NCBI GenBank assembly: GCA_051294375.1
Contig: CM119264.1
Coordinates: forward strand, 1,285,923 to 1,349,922
Direction of reading: 5' to 3'
Length of the DNA stretch: 64,000 nucleotides
Origin: Paraspadella gotoi
Taxonomy: Eukaryota > Animalia > Chaetognatha
The position numbers were made by a program, and so were the translations under genes. This document shows positions 62,833-64,000 of this stretch, one piece after another. Within the stretch, counting starts at the first letter, position 1, and each line of letters starts with the position of its first letter. The notes beneath the pieces were generated by a model. The model was not told the DNA's origin and searched no databases. It saw nothing but the letters and a program-made list of their open reading frames with translations.

Positions 62833-64000
62833 TTAGAGGAGAGAGATGAGGAGAGGAGAGGAAGAGCAGAGAAGGAGAGGAGAAGAGACGGATGAGAGAG
62901 AGAGAAGAGATGGAGCAGAGCATAGAGAGAGAAGAGAGCAAAACAAGGAAAAGGTTAGAGCGTTGGTAAAGTGAAGGGTGAGTAAAAGCAGTAAAAATCA
63001 GATGATCTTTCAAGTTCTATGAGTGAAGACGGAGAGAAAAAAAGGAGAGAGGAGTTTAGCATATCTGAAAAAATCGGTCGAAAATGCGATGAACAAGCTT
63101 CTTTAACCCTGTGACCCAATATTTTCCAAGAACGCCTTGATTTCTTTTCAAATTTGACAAACTAAGTCAAAGTTAAGAGTTAAAATCTACTACTCTTTAA
63201 CGAAGCTTTTAACCTGTACCCTATTTTCCAAGAACGCCTGATTTCTTTTCAAATTTGACAAACTAAGTCAAAGTTAAGAGTTAAAGTTGGAGAGTAGGGT
63301 TAAAGATTCTATTAAGGATTAAGGAAGTGAAAAAGCTTTGGGGTAAGGTTAAGGATTAGATTTAGGGATTATAGTTAGTGATTAGAGTTGAAGATTAGAG
63401 TTAGGGTTTAGAGTTAGGGATTAGAGTTAGGGATTAGAGTTAGGGATTACAGTTAGGCATTAGAGTTAGGAAATAGAGTTCGGGATTAGAGTTAGAGATT
63501 AGAGTTAAGGGTTCAAGATTAGTATTTAAGATTTATTTAAAGTCCAGGTTTGGGATTATTAATTAGGGTTGGGGATTAGCCTAAGAGTTTAACAAGGAAC
63601 GGTTATATCAAGGTGTTGCGCCGCATTACTTTACTTTTTACTTTTATATCCTTTGTATTTTGCTGTATATAAGACGCGCTCTGTATTGGAATTACATCTT
63701 TAATTCCTAAAAACAAAAGGCGGCGCAAGCCGTCGTTTAAATTTGAGGTTTTTTCCTGTTTTAACAAATGAGCAACAAAGTATAAGTAAGTTTCCTTTGT
63801 AAAAATTGTTGTTCTGTTCTAAAACTTAAGATTAAACTCTGTTTTCTTTGTATAGGATACTGTTTGTATTTGAAAAGAGTTATGAAAATATTAAATTACA
63901 GACTACAGTAAAAGATACGGATTTAGAAATGGATTGAAAATTCCTTTTCACCTGTTCGGTGCCGTAATACTTTGACTAAAATTGTTTCCGATGATAACTA

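Noticed and set aside
63295-63585. True telomere or chromosome fusion site
   Set aside because: The repeats are degenerate, interstitial, and similar to the cores of the dispersed MITE-like family.

Overview
This is animal (metazoan) nuclear DNA from a draft assembly with N-gaps, indel-rich unpolished stretches and abundant (AG)n, (TCAA)n and (GAC)n microsatellites. It contains three recognisable genes: the last two exons of AP2S1 (+ strand, 114-958); a multi-exon agrin-like proteoglycan (- strand, ~36259 down to 1329, with a ~9-kb internal block present twice, probably an assembly artefact); and an NR2C/NR2D (TR2/TR4/HR78-type) nuclear receptor (+ strand, ~55.6-60.2 kb, many apparent frameshifts). 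The main non-coding finding is a miniature LTR retrotransposon (TRIM) whose LTRs carry a tRNA-derived Pol III promoter, with PBS, PPT and a 4-bp TSD (14292-14979, Helenus-like). Its two LTRs are mosaic, and there is a diverged solo LTR (42221-42500) plus a solo LTR of a second homologous family (60382-60632, TSD AAGT). A second pattern recurs along the agrin gene: exon ends together with their splice sites are tandemly duplicated into the adjacent introns (41-, 63- and 99-bp units). Also present are a TTAA-flanked Kolobok-like MITE, a deleted Tc1 remnant and a MITE-like family with a telomere-like core. All calls were made by reading the sequence; no searches were run.
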